In this document: in pieces, positions 32,618 through 44,347 of the stretch
How the letters are laid out: each line of letters begins with the position of its first letter
How positions within the stretch are numbered: the stretch's first letter is position 1
Source of the DNA: Thraustochytrium aureum
Lineage: Eukaryota
Direction of reading: 5' to 3'
DNA: 64,000 nt
NCBI GenBank assembly: GCA_012862495.1
Contig: BLSG01000172.1
Span: forward strand, 9,711-73,710
Notes under the pieces: model-generated
Databases searched by the model: none
The model's input: the letters and a program-made list of their open reading frames with translations, nothing else
Told to the model about the DNA's origin: nothing
Translations under genes and position numbers: made by a program

Positions 32618-33805
32618 ATGGGCAAGGCCGCACTCGCGAACCGGATCTCAACCTCCGCAGCGGGCGCGGAGCTACTCGCAAACCCCAGCGAGACCGCAGC
32701 GCCATCTTGGAGCGCGAAACAGCCGCGCTCGCGCTGTGTGCTCGTGGCGCTCACTTTGGTCTGGCTTGGCCTCCTCGTTGCCCTCCCGCGGTCCAGTTGG
32801 GTGGTGCCAACGCAGCGCGACGTCGTCGTGGCAGACAGGGGCTGGGACCTCGCCGCGCGGTCCGGGTTCTTTCACTGGTTCACGGCAGGCGTATACGGGT
32901 TCAATCAGGGCATCAGCTGCGCAGGGCGCGAGCCCCTCGTGTACTTCTCCGGCAATAACCACATCACACGCGTTGCTGCAAGCCCTGGCCTCGCCAAGGT
33001 CGAGCAAAGGTTTGTGGTTCTTCCGTTTGACGATCACACCGACCAAGGGTGCCACTACAACCATGTGGGCGATATCGTGGTCGACGCTCCCAAAGCCCGT
33101 ATCCTCGCCCCAATCGAAGGCCCGAATTGCAACGGCAGCATAGCCGAGTTCGACCTTGCAGCTGGGATGGGCCTCCGTCGGCTTGTTGGCACGCCACAGG
33201 ACGTCGCACTGCCCTGGTTGGCGCTTGACGAGGCAAGAGACATAGTCTATTCTAGCGAGTTCAGCGGTGTAACGCACATCCTCGCGTACGACGCCTCGCT
33301 TCTCACGCGAGTCCCTGCCGAGGACTTGTTGCTCGATCGCCACATCGAGAGCGTACAAGGGGGCGCTGTTTCTGCCGGCGTACTCTACCTCAGCCTGGGC
33401 AAGTATGGCGACGAGCTCACTTACGTGGTTAGTCTCAACTTGACCGAGGCTGCACTTGCAAACGGCCGGGCGACTGTGCGTCCAGAGCTTACTCTCAGCG
33501 CCAGAGCCGAGATGGAAGGGATCGCGATTTGCTCCATACCAAGCGTTCCAGGTGAAATGCACGTGCAGTTCGCCTGGGGCTATGGGGCGGTCAAAACGTC
33601 AATAGCGGCGGTCGTTGCTTTGCTGGGGATCTCTTGCGCGGCGGCGACCATTTGCTTTGCCACAGCGGGCCGAGGTCTGTTTGGCTGGCGCCGCACGGTG
33701 GCCATTGTTGTCGTCGCCCTTGTGTGCTTGTGGAGTAGCATCTTGGGCGGCCTCTATGCGGGCGCCCCCTTCCACTTGACGCATCACTTTGCGCGCATCG
33801 TGTAA
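32618..33805 (+). CDS. Hypothetical membrane protein with a beta-propeller-like luminal domain
   Basis: N-terminal TM, beta-rich core (NQGI, HVGDIVV, VQGG, EMEGIA), two C-terminal TMs; intact 395 aa ORF. Confidence 0.6.
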   Translation: MGKAALANRISTSAAGAELLANPSETAAPSWSAKQPRSRCVLVALTLVWLGLLVALPRSSWVVPTQRDVVVADRGWDLAARSGFFHWFTAGVYGFNQGISCAGREPLVYFSGNNHITRVAASPGLAKVEQRFVVLPFDDHTDQGCHYNHVGDIVVDAPKARILAPIEGPNCNGSIAEFDLAAGMGLRRLVGTPQDVALPWLALDEARDIVYSSEFSGVTHILAYDASLLTRVPAEDLLLDRHIESVQGGAVSAGVLYLSLGKYGDELTYVVSLNLTEAALANGRATVRPELTLSARAEMEGIAICSIPSVPGEMHVQFAWGYGAVKTSIAAVVALLGISCAAATICFATAGRGLFGWRRTVAIVVVALVCLWSSILGGLYAGAPFHLTHHFARIV

Positions 33806-33943
33806 AGTCGAGTGAGTAGCGACCAGACGGGCACTGCCCAACCAAACGTGTTTTCCGTGCTTTGTATCTGCCTAACAACTCCCTCAACCTTTCGCGAGTG
33901 CATGACTTGAGGCTGCTCAGCTTCTTCCTCCAATTTTTTCTCC

Positions 33944-35692
33944 TCAGCAAATGTCAACGGCGCCGTTCGGCCGCCCTGGCGCGCTTGCTTGGTCAGATTC
34001 GGCATCGCTCGATGCGTGCCTCGAGGACGAGGGACTCGCTAGAGCGCGTGGCACCCGGCCCCGAGGCGTTCGCGCCCGTGGGGACGGCGGGATCAGCCAC
34101 GAGCCCACCGAGTCAACGAAAAGCTCAATCTCCTGCCCCAAGCTAAACTGGTTGTTCCGTGGCAGCGCTCTGTGCTGCTTTGCGGCAAGGTACTTGGGGA
34201 AAAGGCATTCTCGCATCACCGTGTACAACTCTGCTCGGACCCGGCGAAACGCGGTTGATGGCACACGGACTAGCGAGCCGTCAGAGCCCCTCAGCCGCAT
34301 GAGCTCCGAGCGCGCCGCCGCAGAAACCTTCAAGGGGCTCTTCCCAGAGAAGAAGCGTTCGACGATGCTAGCGCCACACTTTTGCGCTGCTTCCGTACGC
34401 CCAGCTCGGGCCTTTGACTCGAAATCCTCGATCGCATCAAAGCAGACGCAGTGCTCCTGGCCAAGGACAGACGTGCAATATTTAAAGAATGCGAGCCGTT
34501 TGCGCTTGTCCTGGAGGGTAGAGTTGATGTCGTTCACGTCTACGCTGTCGAAGCTCGATGGCCCCTCCACAACTGGCGAGCTGGTTTCAATCATCAAGCG
34601 AGCCCCCTCAGAGCGGCGGCTCAAAGACCCACCCTGCTCCTGGGGAGCAGCCGCGCCGCGCGCGACTGAGTCCGTCAGACTCCAAGTTGATTCAGGAGTC
34701 GATGTCGACTCCGTGCGCGAGCCAGCGTGTTTTTTGCTTTCCGGCCAGGACGCTCGAGCCGTCTCGCGCTTGGACTTGGTGAGCCTTGAAACCGCCAAGA
34801 GGAGCGCCACGCTGAAAAGAATCGCCATATCAGGGCCGATAAGCTCGGGCCCGAGTGACGAGTCCAGCTCGATCACCCATGCCTCGCCACGCTTTGATGT
34901 GGCAACCCAGACTCCGACGCCAACGAGCGCGGCCCCAGCGGTTGCGAGAACGAGCAGGCTGTGGCCAAGTCGGCGTCGAATCCGCCTTAGGAGCAGCGGG
35001 TCTGCGGTTGCGGCTCCTCGTGCTTGGGCCGTGGGACAAAGCCTTCCGGGGTTCGAAGCGTTCTCTGCAGCCAGAGCGATAGCATGTGCGATGCAGCGCT
35101 CAACCGACAGACCTTGGACAACGACCAGCCCTATGAAGGCGCCCAAGCCGACATAGCCGACTCCGACCCAGCGCCAGTGCGTTTGGGGCTGCGCAAAGAG
35201 CACTGCAAGGGTCGGTCCTAGGCCGACGCCAGCCGCTGCGAGGACCCAGACCGCGAGATGTATAGTTTGCCGCCTCCGGCTTGGCGGCGCCGCGCTCGGC
35301 CAACGCGTACAAGCGCGCCACCATTTCACCAGCGCCAGCGTCATGAACATGACGAGAGTTCCCGATACGGCTCGCGCCAGAATGTAGCCCTGAACAGGCA
35401 GGAGCGCCCGCATGCCCATTGGATCGACATTGGCGACGAGCTGGACGGTGCAGACTGCAACTGCGAGTTTCTCCAACAGACCCCGTTCCGACAAGTGGCC
35501 ATGCGTTCGCGATCGTCGCACGGCGCCTGGCAGGAGGGCTATTCCAACGACCATGGCAAGCCACGCGTACGCCGAACAAACCACAAACTGGTAAGTGATT
35601 AGCTCGATGCCGAGCGCTCTCCCGTACGTCAGGCTACAACCGGGTCCAGCGAATGGGAACGGGCATGGCGTTCCTGTCCCAGGCTCGTTCAT
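33944..35692 (-). CDS. 7TM receptor-like protein fused to a C-terminal RGS domain
   Basis: EGF-like CPFPFAGPGC start, about 7 hydrophobic segments, then INSTLQDKRKRLAFFKYCTSVLGQEHCVCFDAIEDF...IVERFFSGKSPLKVS...VMRECLFPKYL (RGS pattern). Confidence 0.75.
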   Translation of the reverse strand: MNEPGTGTPCPFPFAGPGCSLTYGRALGIELITYQFVVCSAYAWLAMVVGIALLPGAVRRSRTHGHLSERGLLEKLAVAVCTVQLVANVDPMGMRALLPVQGYILARAVSGTLVMFMTLALVKWWRACTRWPSAAPPSRRRQTIHLAVWVLAAAGVGLGPTLAVLFAQPQTHWRWVGVGYVGLGAFIGLVVVQGLSVERCIAHAIALAAENASNPGRLCPTAQARGAATADPLLLRRIRRRLGHSLLVLATAGAALVGVGVWVATSKRGEAWVIELDSSLGPELIGPDMAILFSVALLLAVSRLTKSKRETARASWPESKKHAGSRTESTSTPESTWSLTDSVARGAAAPQEQGGSLSRRSEGARLMIETSSPVVEGPSSFDSVDVNDINSTLQDKRKRLAFFKYCTSVLGQEHCVCFDAIEDFESKARAGRTEAAQKCGASIVERFFSGKSPLKVSAAARSELMRLRGSDGSLVRVPSTAFRRVRAELYTVMRECLFPKYLAAKQHRALPRNNQFSLGQEIELFVDSVGSWLIPPSPRARTPRGRVPRALASPSSSRHASSDAESDQASAPGRPNGAVDIC

Positions 35693-36604
35693 CTTCTCCC
35701 CAAGACAGCCTCGTACAGCTCGCGCGACAAACCGCACAGCCCAGCGGCACGGTTTTTAAAAGCGGTTGGGGGACTGCGCTCGTCTTCGCCAGTTGCAAGT
35801 GACAGGGCTGATCCATGCCTCCATGTCCATGCTCCATGCGTAGAGGTTATTTTCACTGCGTAAGTACCGGGACAGTAGGNNNNNNNNNNNNNNNNNNNNN
35901 NNNNNNNNNNNNNNNNNNNNNNNNNNNNNNNNNNNNNNNNNNNNNNNNNNNNNNNNNNNNNNNNNNNNNNNNNNNNNNNNNNNNNNNNNNNNNNNNNNNN
36001 NNNNNNNNNNNNNNNNNNNNNNNNNNNNNNNNNNNNNNNNNNNNNNNNNNNNNNNNNNNNNNNNNNNNNNNNNNNNNNNNNNNNNNNNNNNNNNNNNNNN
36101 NNNNNNNNNNNNNNNNNNNNNNNNNNNNNNNNNNNNNNNNNNNNNNNNNNNNNNNNNNNNNNNNNNNNNNNNNNNNNNNNNNNNNNNNNNNNNNNNNNNN
36201 NNNNNNNNNNNNNNNNNNNNNNNNNNNNNNNNNNNNNNNNNNNNNNNNNNNNNNNNNNNNNNNNNNNNNNNNNNNNNNNNNNNNNNNNNNNNNNNNNNNN
36301 NNNNNNNNNNNNNNNNNNNNNNNNNNNNNNNNNNNNNNNNNNNNNNNNNNNNNNNNNNNNNNNNNNNNNNNNNNNNNNNNNNNNNNNNNNNNNNNNNNNN
36401 NNNNNNNNNNNNNNNNNNNNNNNNNNNNNNNNNNNNNNNNNNNNNNNNNNNNNNNNNNNNNNNNNNNNNNNNNNNNNNNNNNNNNNNNNNNNNNNNNNNN
36501 NNNNNNNNNNNNNNNNNNNNNNNNNNNNNNNNNNNNNNNNNNNNNNNNNNNNNNNNNNNNNNNNNNNNNNNNNNNNNNNNNNNNNNNNNNNNNNNNNNNN
36601 NNNN

Positions 36605-37146
36605 GTTGGTCATCTTTTCTGGTGTAGGGGCCTTTCTTGCGTTCTCCCTTGCCGGTCGCCTCTCCGACCGGCACGGCCGCAAGCGGTTTTTGATTGTGTT
36701 TGGGGTTGCCTCCACTCTCGGCGTGGTCGGGTTCTACCAAGCCCCTGGGAACCTATTCGTCGTGTTCTTCTTCATGCAGTTGTTGGCAGGCTTTGTGCTC
36801 AGCGTTGTGAGCAACGCATACTTTGGTGAATGCTTCCCGACCAGTTCGAGGACAACAGCACAGGCTGTGCTCAAGATAGTCTACGTCCTGGCCGGGATTG
36901 TCTCAATTGCCCTCGAGTCGGTGGCCTACAGGACCGTGCAAAACCACTGGACCCTGGTCACATGGTTTGCGCTTGCTTCGCTCCCAGTGCCATGCTTATT
37001 GCATGCCTTTTTGCCAGAAACCCTCCGGACGCAGCCTGGATGAGGTTTCCCCTGAGCAGCAGCCGGGAGCCAGTCGCGGCGTCTACGAGAGCGAGCTCGT
37101 CAGACTAACGGGCGCCGCACCGTCCGTCACTAGCTCATCACTTTAG
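36605..37146 (+). CDS. MFS transporter, C-terminal part (5' in gap; apparent extra C at 37021-37023)
   Basis: GRLSDRHGRKR motif A, ECFPTSSRTTA, PET/SGRSLDE terminal motif split by the frameshift. Confidence 0.85.
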
Positions 37147-37625
37147 AGCCATCCGCTCTGCGTGGGCTAGACCGCAACGTACTTCATCAGCGCGCTGTCA
37201 CTCGCGCGGCCCTGTGCTGGGACGAGTCTTTCTCAAACGTGGCAAGGTGACGTTACAGTGGACGACTGACAGCTCTGGGGTTTCGGCAGGCCCCAAACGT
37301 CCGCAGCAGCCTGCTTGCCGCCAGGGGTCTCAAATTGACCCTCGATCACGAACGGGAAGGAATTCTTGCCGTTTTGTAAGCGCTGCCACGCGACCAGCAG
37401 CCCTTGGAGGATCGCGACCTATGGGTGACTTTTCAGAGACCGGGCTACCTCCAGGGGGCCAATTCGCAGGTCATCGTGACGTCACCGGAAAGGAAAGGCC
37501 GTCGTCATTTGTCAAGCGCTCGAGCGGGCCGAAGCTGCAGTGTGACGAGACGTTCTTCCCAAGGCTCTGCCAAAAAGGCGGCCCAATCTTTTTTACCTTC
37601 ATAAGTATCATTTTCGTTTTGTTTA

Positions 37626-39440
37626 TTACGCGGATGGCGGCTGTACACCGGCCAACAGAGCCTCGCGCTGCACTTGGACGCTCACGTTTGTGATTCGGCC
37701 ATCGACGCGCGGCGCGATCGCGCCAAACGCAGGATTCTCACGATCAACCAGAGCATTGAATCGACGGACGGCCTTCACAAACGTCGAGCTGTACTTGGAG
37801 CGCACCGGGTTCATCCCGCTCACCACAGATAGAGCAACAAAGTGGTTCCGGACAAGCGTGGGCAGGTTGGTGCACCTCTCATCGTCCACGAGCACGTTGC
37901 ACTCATCAAACGCGTAGCCGTCTTTGCCCTTGGCCAGGTAGGCCTTTGTGGCGAGACTGTAGGTGCGCCCAAGGTCGACGGGTATGCCACCCACCTCCAC
38001 CGAGCCACGATCTACACGCGCGCCTGGGAGCTTGCTCCCATCGAAAGCAAACCGAACCCCACTCACACACGGGAAGCGACCTTCCAGCTGTTCGTACTTG
38101 GATACACCGTTTTCCAACGCAGCGACGAGCTGCTCCCCTGTTATCTCGAGGACAACAATGCCATCCACCATCGGCAGCAGCGTCCGTAAGAGCCCAAGCG
38201 TAATCGGGCCCCGTGGAACAACACTATCCAGGCGTAGCGTCCCCGAGTTGAGCAGCGCCACGTCGACGCGCACTCCGTTCTCCCCAGCCCGTGTCGCGAA
38301 ACGAATAATGTCCGCTACAAAGTTTCCCACGTTGGTCTCCTCGCTGCGAATGTGCGAGAACCGCGCTTCAAGGTCGACTGCGGTCTCACCAATGACGCGC
38401 CCTAGGTCGGCGTCCTCCTTGGACAGAAACGAGGCAACAATGTCGGCCACAAGCGGGTCTTCGGGCATATCGGCGCTGACTTCGACCCGCTCGACGGACT
38501 CCACGGAGGCGCCACCCAGCTTCTCAAACGCCACCCGAATTACGCTCAACTCGCGAAAGTCCGTTCCAGACTTGACAATGTGGACCCCGTTGATCTCCTT
38601 GCAGCCGTAGTCGTGGTCGTGGCCGCCGAGGATGAGGTCCACCATGTCTCCTGCCTCGCGGGCGAGGCGCTCGTCGTTTGGCCAACGCATGTGCGTGAGC
38701 GCGATGACCACGTCCGCCTCCTCGCGGAGCTCGCGACCCAGCCTTCTCGCGCACGAAACAAAGTCCTCGTACTCAAGATCGTCCTCGTCGATGGCTGACA
38801 GGGTTGCCATCCAGGCCCACTCGACGAGGCCCATGATCCCGACGCGGAGGCCGTCGGGACGGCGAATCACCAACTTGGTCTGCCCGCCCGCCATGGGTCG
38901 CCCACCGTCTGGGCGAAATCGCACGTTGGACAAGAGCCAAGGGAAGCTGCACTTGCCTGCCACCTGCGCAAGCTGGTCAATCCCAAAGTCAAAGTCGTGG
39001 TTGCCGAACAGGGCGGCGTCGACGCCCGTCGCGTTCAGGACTGGGACCATGTGGGCTCCGCGCGTTGTCACCGACAAGAGCGAGGGATTGAGGGCGTCGC
39101 CGGAGAAGAGGACAAGCGGGTCGCTGCCGTCCGCACACCGCTTGCCGCCTACGCGAAAATCGTTTACCAGCTGTACAAACCGTGCCGCGCCGCCGCCTTG
39201 GCCGAGCGGCATGATGTTGTACACGTCGTTGAAGTGGACAATGCGCAGCTCTGCGCGGGGCGGCGTCTTCCTCTCTTCTTCCGCCGCGCACTTGGCGAGC
39301 AGCGCACAATCCGCCAGCACTTGCGCGAGCTCCTCCGGCGACGCCGCGCGGCTCACGCGCTGGACCACCTCGACCTGCAGCTCCGCGAGCGACCTGGCCG
39401 CGGCACGCTCATACGAGGTCGGGCATTTGTGCAGCAGCAT
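37626..39440 (-). CDS. 5'-nucleotidase / calcineurin-like metallophosphoesterase
   Basis: HFNDVYN, FSGDALNPS, GNHDFDFG, LTHMR, GGHDH, ETNVGNFVAD, NSGTLR, GRFPCVSG, YLAKGKDGY. Confidence 0.92.
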   Translation of the reverse strand: MLLHKCPTSYERAAARSLAELQVEVVQRVSRAASPEELAQVLADCALLAKCAAEEERKTPPRAELRIVHFNDVYNIMPLGQGGGAARFVQLVNDFRVGGKRCADGSDPLVLFSGDALNPSLLSVTTRGAHMVPVLNATGVDAALFGNHDFDFGIDQLAQVAGKCSFPWLLSNVRFRPDGGRPMAGGQTKLVIRRPDGLRVGIMGLVEWAWMATLSAIDEDDLEYEDFVSCARRLGRELREEADVVIALTHMRWPNDERLAREAGDMVDLILGGHDHDYGCKEINGVHIVKSGTDFRELSVIRVAFEKLGGASVESVERVEVSADMPEDPLVADIVASFLSKEDADLGRVIGETAVDLEARFSHIRSEETNVGNFVADIIRFATRAGENGVRVDVALLNSGTLRLDSVVPRGPITLGLLRTLLPMVDGIVVLEITGEQLVAALENGVSKYEQLEGRFPCVSGVRFAFDGSKLPGARVDRGSVEVGGIPVDLGRTYSLATKAYLAKGKDGYAFDECNVLVDDERCTNLPTLVRNHFVALSVVSGMNPVRSKYSSTFVKAVRRFNALVDRENPAFGAIAPRVDGRITNVSVQVQREALLAGVQPPSA

Positions 39441-39531
39441 CGCCCCGGCGCCGCCCGCGCGCTATACCCAGCAGGGGCACTCGCGCAGCGTGACGAGGAC
39501 GTTTTGCAGCAGCTCGGGCACGCAGCGCGCG

Positions 39532-39532
39532 G

Positions 39533-39583
<51 letters not shown>
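39532..39583. repeat. (GCCT)n tetranucleotide microsatellite in the divergent intergenic region
   Basis: About 13 perfect GCCT units. Confidence 0.9.
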
Positions 39584-39584
<1 letters not shown>

Positions 39585-39815
39585 GGCGGGCGGAGACGCG
39601 CCGAGTGGCTGATGAGGCACCGCCAGTTTTTTTTCCTTCGCGTCGCGTTTCACGATCATGAACAAGAGAAGGGCTCCTCGGTGCGAGGCCAGCAGCGAGG
39701 TGGTTGCAGACGCTGCTGGCGCACGGGTGACGTTGGGTGCCGGCTTCGGCAGCAAAGACAGGCGCGGCGGAGCCCGGCAGAGCCCGGCGGAGCGCGGCGC
39801 GAGCCGGCAAGCCTG

Positions 39816-42001
39816 ATGGCTGAGAGCGAGGGCGCTGTGGAGAACACCGTCGAAGCTACGTTTCATGGGTAAGTTTTTGACCGGGTTTCGTCTTTTGTTG
39901 TGTTTGCTGCTCGAGTCCCGCGCCTCGCCTCGCGGGCCGCGGCAAGATGTGCCGGCTCGCACGTGCAGCTGACCCGTGCGCACTCGGGGGCCTGGCTAGG
40001 GTGGAATATGTCCTCTCGTGGACCGTCTCAGAGGCGCAAGGCCTCGTCGTCGACCTGGAGGACGACGTTGGCGGAGGCCGGTGGTTAGGCGAGTTCCAAG
40101 CTGCATACGTGGAGGAGATTACGCGAAAGACCGGCAACTTCAAGAGATTCGGCGTGTTTTGCGATATGCTGCGCGCCGGTGTCACAGCGCCGGACGACAC
40201 CGTGTTCGCCGACGTGCTGACTTCCCAGGACCTCGAGCTACTCAAGCACCGAAACGGGGCAGGCCCCGGCCGCGCCGCGGAAGCCCCGGCAAACCGCGCC
40301 CCAGGGGGCAAGCGCTACCTCATCGTCACGTTCGTGACAGCCTACGATCGCGTGCACTACCCGCTGCCCCTGCCAGTCTGCGCGCAGCCCTCCCCAGACA
40401 TGCTCCTGCGAACTATCGATCGACTGCGCAGCAAGGTTCTTGGCCGCTCCGCTGGGGGGCTGCCTGCAAATAGCGCGCTCACAACCTCTGTACGCTCCCT
40501 CCGCACAAAGGCGAGCGCCGCTGGTCCGTTGTCAAACGCAGCGCACGACCCCCGGCTCCACCACCGCATTCACGAGCTCGAGCAGGAAAACGACCGCCTC
40601 AAAGAGCTCCTGCGCAAAAACAAAGCGCTCAAGAAAAAATCGCGCGCTGTATCCGAAATGAGCCTCGAGCTGCAGCACAAGCTCGAAGGCGAGCGGGCCG
40701 CCTGGCTCGCAGAGAGGGAGGCCATGGAAGACGAGCTCCTCGAGCTGCGCCAGCACCTCGAGCAAGGGCACGCCGCCTCGCGCGAGTCCTCGCGTGATCT
40801 AGAGGGCCGAGCTGCGCGGGCAGAAAAGCAGGTCGTGCTCCTTCGTGAAAAGGTAGCAGCGCTAGAATCCTCACTCGCGGGGGCCACCGAGTCACACCGC
40901 CGAATCCAGGAGCGCCGGAAGCGCGAGTTAGAGAACGCTCTGCACGAGCTGGAGAGGGTGCGCTCTTCTAACCGCCAACTGCGGGCTAGCCTCCGAGGCC
41001 CCGGCGCGCGCGCAGCAGTCCCTGGGCTCTCGCGCGCGCGCTCTACCGAGCGCAAGCCGGGCAGAGGCAGCGCTGCAAATAGCCAAGAGCGCGCAGCCAC
41101 GAGCAGGGGCCGCCCGTCGCGCGCCCCTGCACGGCGGCCCGCATCACTCAACACATCAGCGTCCTCCTTGCCAAGGCGCAAGCGATCCGACAGCCCTCGG
41201 TTCGACCCTACCGCGTACCAGCGCGAAAAGGAGGAGCGCCAACGCAGATCGCTGGCGGGGCGTCGCGCTCAGCGGCCTGCCTCTCGTTCGAGGCGCGTGA
41301 GCGCCAAGGACACGTCCATGGGTGGTTACCTTTCCGCCGACTCGTCTGCGTCACGGCTTTCAACCACATCTCGGCACTCTCGAACCAGCAAAGCATCGGC
41401 GGCCTCGCGCCTCTCGAAAGGCTCGCGTGCCTCAAAGTCCTCAGCGTTGTCCAAGGGTTCCCGGGCATCGCGCGGCTCTGCGATTTCAGCGGGTTCGCGG
41501 GGTCAGCCGGGGTCGCGCCCTGGCAGGCGTCTCGCTGGCCTCGCAAGAGACGCGCGCCAGACGCGTGACCCAGCAAGCAAAGCCTTGCAGCGTGGCAGTT
41601 CAAGTACCACCTCGAGCGGGCCTGAGCGCGCAGGCTCTTTCGCAGGGAGATCTGCGGCGCTTGGTGAGGGAACGCAGCGAGCAGCGGCGGCGCGGGGCGT
41701 GCTGCCGCGCTCGCAACCGTTTGCCTCGCACGCTGGCGCTGGCGCTCCGGCCGCGGCGCCTGCGTCGCCGCCATTGCCACATGGCGCAACGTCCTCGCGA
41801 GCTATCGAAAGGCCTGCCCGTGGCTCCTCTGAGCTGGATGCCACGCGAGCCTCGCATGGGAGCGAGGAGGCGGGTCCTGATGCCAGCGAGCTCGCGCAAG
41901 CCGGCGGGGTGGCGATCGATGACATCGACCGACGCCTCGCGCAGCTGCAGAGCTTCCTCAAGCAAGAAAAAGCAAAGTCCTCTAGCGTGGGGAGCCACTG
42001 A
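39816..42001 (+). CDS. CCDC61: Centriolar coiled-coil protein CCDC61/VFL3; exons 39816-39868 and 40000-42001
   Basis: FHG|VEY across intron 39869-39999 (GTAAGT...GCTGAC...TAG); W.GEF.AAYVEEITRKTGNFKRF, DVLTSQDLELLK, KRYLIVTF..YDRVHYPLPL, RFDPTAY, DIDRRLAQLQSFL. Confidence 0.9.
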
Positions 42002-42522
42002 GCACGCCTCGGGACATGTAAACGAACGCATCCGAGCTCGCCCATCGCCGCGCTCTGCGCTGTGAGGACTCCTCGGAGAGCGCTTGGACGGCCAAGATGC
42101 CAAGTCAAAGGCGCACAGAAAGGTGACGTGATTCTTTCCTTTCGGCCATCTTCAACGCGAAATTTTGTTTTTGATTTTGAAAGAAAAGTTGCACGGCACT
42201 TGCGCGCCAGCCATTCGCATTCGCAGCCGCCAGAGCGGCCAGACTCCTCACTGACGAAACAAAAGCAATGCAATTCTTGAGACCTGCTCCGGCAACGCGC
42301 CGAGATCCGATCCAGATGGGCTATTACTGCGGCGCTTGCACGTGCCCCTGCATCGCAGCGTCGTTCGGGGTCGCCCCAGGATTGCTGGAGCAACCAAAGG
42401 CGAAGAGGAGGCGAGTCGCGTCAGCCAGAGCAAACTCGCAAGCAAGCAATAAACAAACCAAACCCGCAGGAAAAAAAGCTCCAGCCCGCACCATCGATCA
42501 GTCTTTCAAGATCAAGCAAGAC

Positions 42523-43513
42523 TCACTTCATCAAGTAATCAAGCTGACTCAGCCAGCGCTGCGTCATCATGTCGTCGCGCAGCGTCGCCTCAAACGTCCC
42601 GTCGCGAAGCGTCGCAGGCAGCACATCCCGCAACGCGTCGCGCACGCGCACGTTCTCCGCCAGTCGGAGGTAGCAGCGCACAATGTGCTTCAGCAAGCGT
42701 GCCGAAGGCGCTTCCACTAACGAAGCCACCATGTTGCCGAGCACAGTGCAGACCGCGTAGAAGCGGTCTGGCGTCGCGCAAATGTAGTTGAGGCCCATGT
42801 CGTCGAGCAGGATTTTCTGTACAATAAACGTTGCAACCGTCTTGCTCAACTCGCTCCCCGTTTCCATGATGCGCAAGCACAGCGGGATTATCTCCGTTGA
42901 GAGCAAAAAGTTGATCACGTCAGGGTCGTCCATCTTCACGAGGGCGCCAATCACGCCGAGACTCGTCAAGCGCAAGTATTCAAAAGGCCTGTTCTTGCTG
43001 ACCGTGTTCAGAAACGGGTACAAGTACAACGGGATTTGCGCTGCGCCGGTACAAACATGCATGGAACCGTCGCCGACGCGCCTCTGTTAGCCCAAGGGCC
43101 TTATTTCGCCGGTGCAAAGCGCGCGCGGTTTGTCGGATCTTGAAAACACGAGCAATGCAAAAACAAACTCACCGTTCAAGAACAAGGTCCTCGTTTCTGG
43201 GTGTGATGCAACGCACTGCAAGAGCGCCAGGGCGTTGCAAACCCGGTTCGAGGCGTGCGCAGTCAGCTGTGGCGGGGAAAGGGACGGGTAGATTGCCACG
43301 ATCTCCTGCAGAAGAGCCGAGATGGTCCCAAACGAGTGCCACAAGATCGGCGCAAGGTCCGGGAACGCCTCGCGCTTCTTGCTGAGCTCCAGTAGAGCGC
43401 TTTCGCGCTGGTCCGGGTTGATCAGCTCAACTACCAGCTGGTACTTTGCATTCGCCCCGGCGCGTCCATCGCGCCGCCCTGCTGCTGCTGCTGCTGCTGC
43501 TGCTGCATCAACN

Positions 43514-43569
<56 letters not shown>

Positions 43570-44071
43570 NNNNNNNNNNNNNNNNNNNNNNNNNNNNNNN
43601 NNNNNNNNNNNNNNNNNNNNNNNNNNNNNNNNNNNNNNNNNNNNNNNNNNNNNNNNNNNNNNNNNNNNNNNNNNNNNNNNNNNNNNNNNNNNNNNNNNNN
43701 NNNNNNNNNNNNNNNNNNNNNNNNNNNNNNNNNNNNNNNNNNNNNNNNNNNNNNNNNNNNNNNNNNNNNNNNNNNNNNNNNNNNNNNNNNNNNNNNNNNN
43801 NNNNNNNNNNNNNNNNNNNNNNNNNNNNNNNNNNNNNNNNNNNNNNNNNNNNNNNNNNNNNNNNNNNNNNNNNNNNNNNNNNNNNNNNNNNNCACCAGCG
43901 CCACCAGCGCCACCAGCGCCACCAGCGCCACCAGCGCCACCAGCACCACCAGCAACAGCAACTGCGTTGGCAGCGGGCGTAGCGGTGGCCGTGGTGGCCG
44001 TGGAGGCTGTGGGAGAGAGTCGTGCTGCGAAGCTGTGCGCGTCGGGAGGGACCTGGCAAAGCCGGGACCAT
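42523..44071 (-). CDS. CNOT9: CCR4-NOT subunit 9 (RCD1) with low-complexity/poly-Q N-terminus; intron 43041-43172; start uncertain (gap, frameshift)
   Basis: [93 protein letters not shown]. Confidence 0.95.
43479..43950. repeat. (CTG)n run and (CACCAGCGC)n 9-mer tandem repeat flanking gap 43570-43892
   Basis: Seen directly; probably the cause of the assembly gap. Confidence 0.85.
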
Positions 44072-44347
44072 CTCGAGGAGCGCACAGGCGAGCGAGCGAG
44101 CGAGTGAGCGTCAAGGTTGAGTCAGCACCCGGCTGTGTCGAGGCGAGGCGAGGCGTCGAACAGGCTGGCGAATCACGCCAAGAGCTACAGGTTCTGCTTT
44201 CCTGGTCTCGAGCAAAAAGAATCAAGGTATCAATCAAGTGGCCAAGGATCAGCCAAAGGACCGGCTCCTCTCGAGGGCCCCTGAGGCGACAGAGTTGGCT
44301 TGTTTGCACTCGCACACGCTCTTCAGGCCGGCCCCTCGTTGGCGGCG

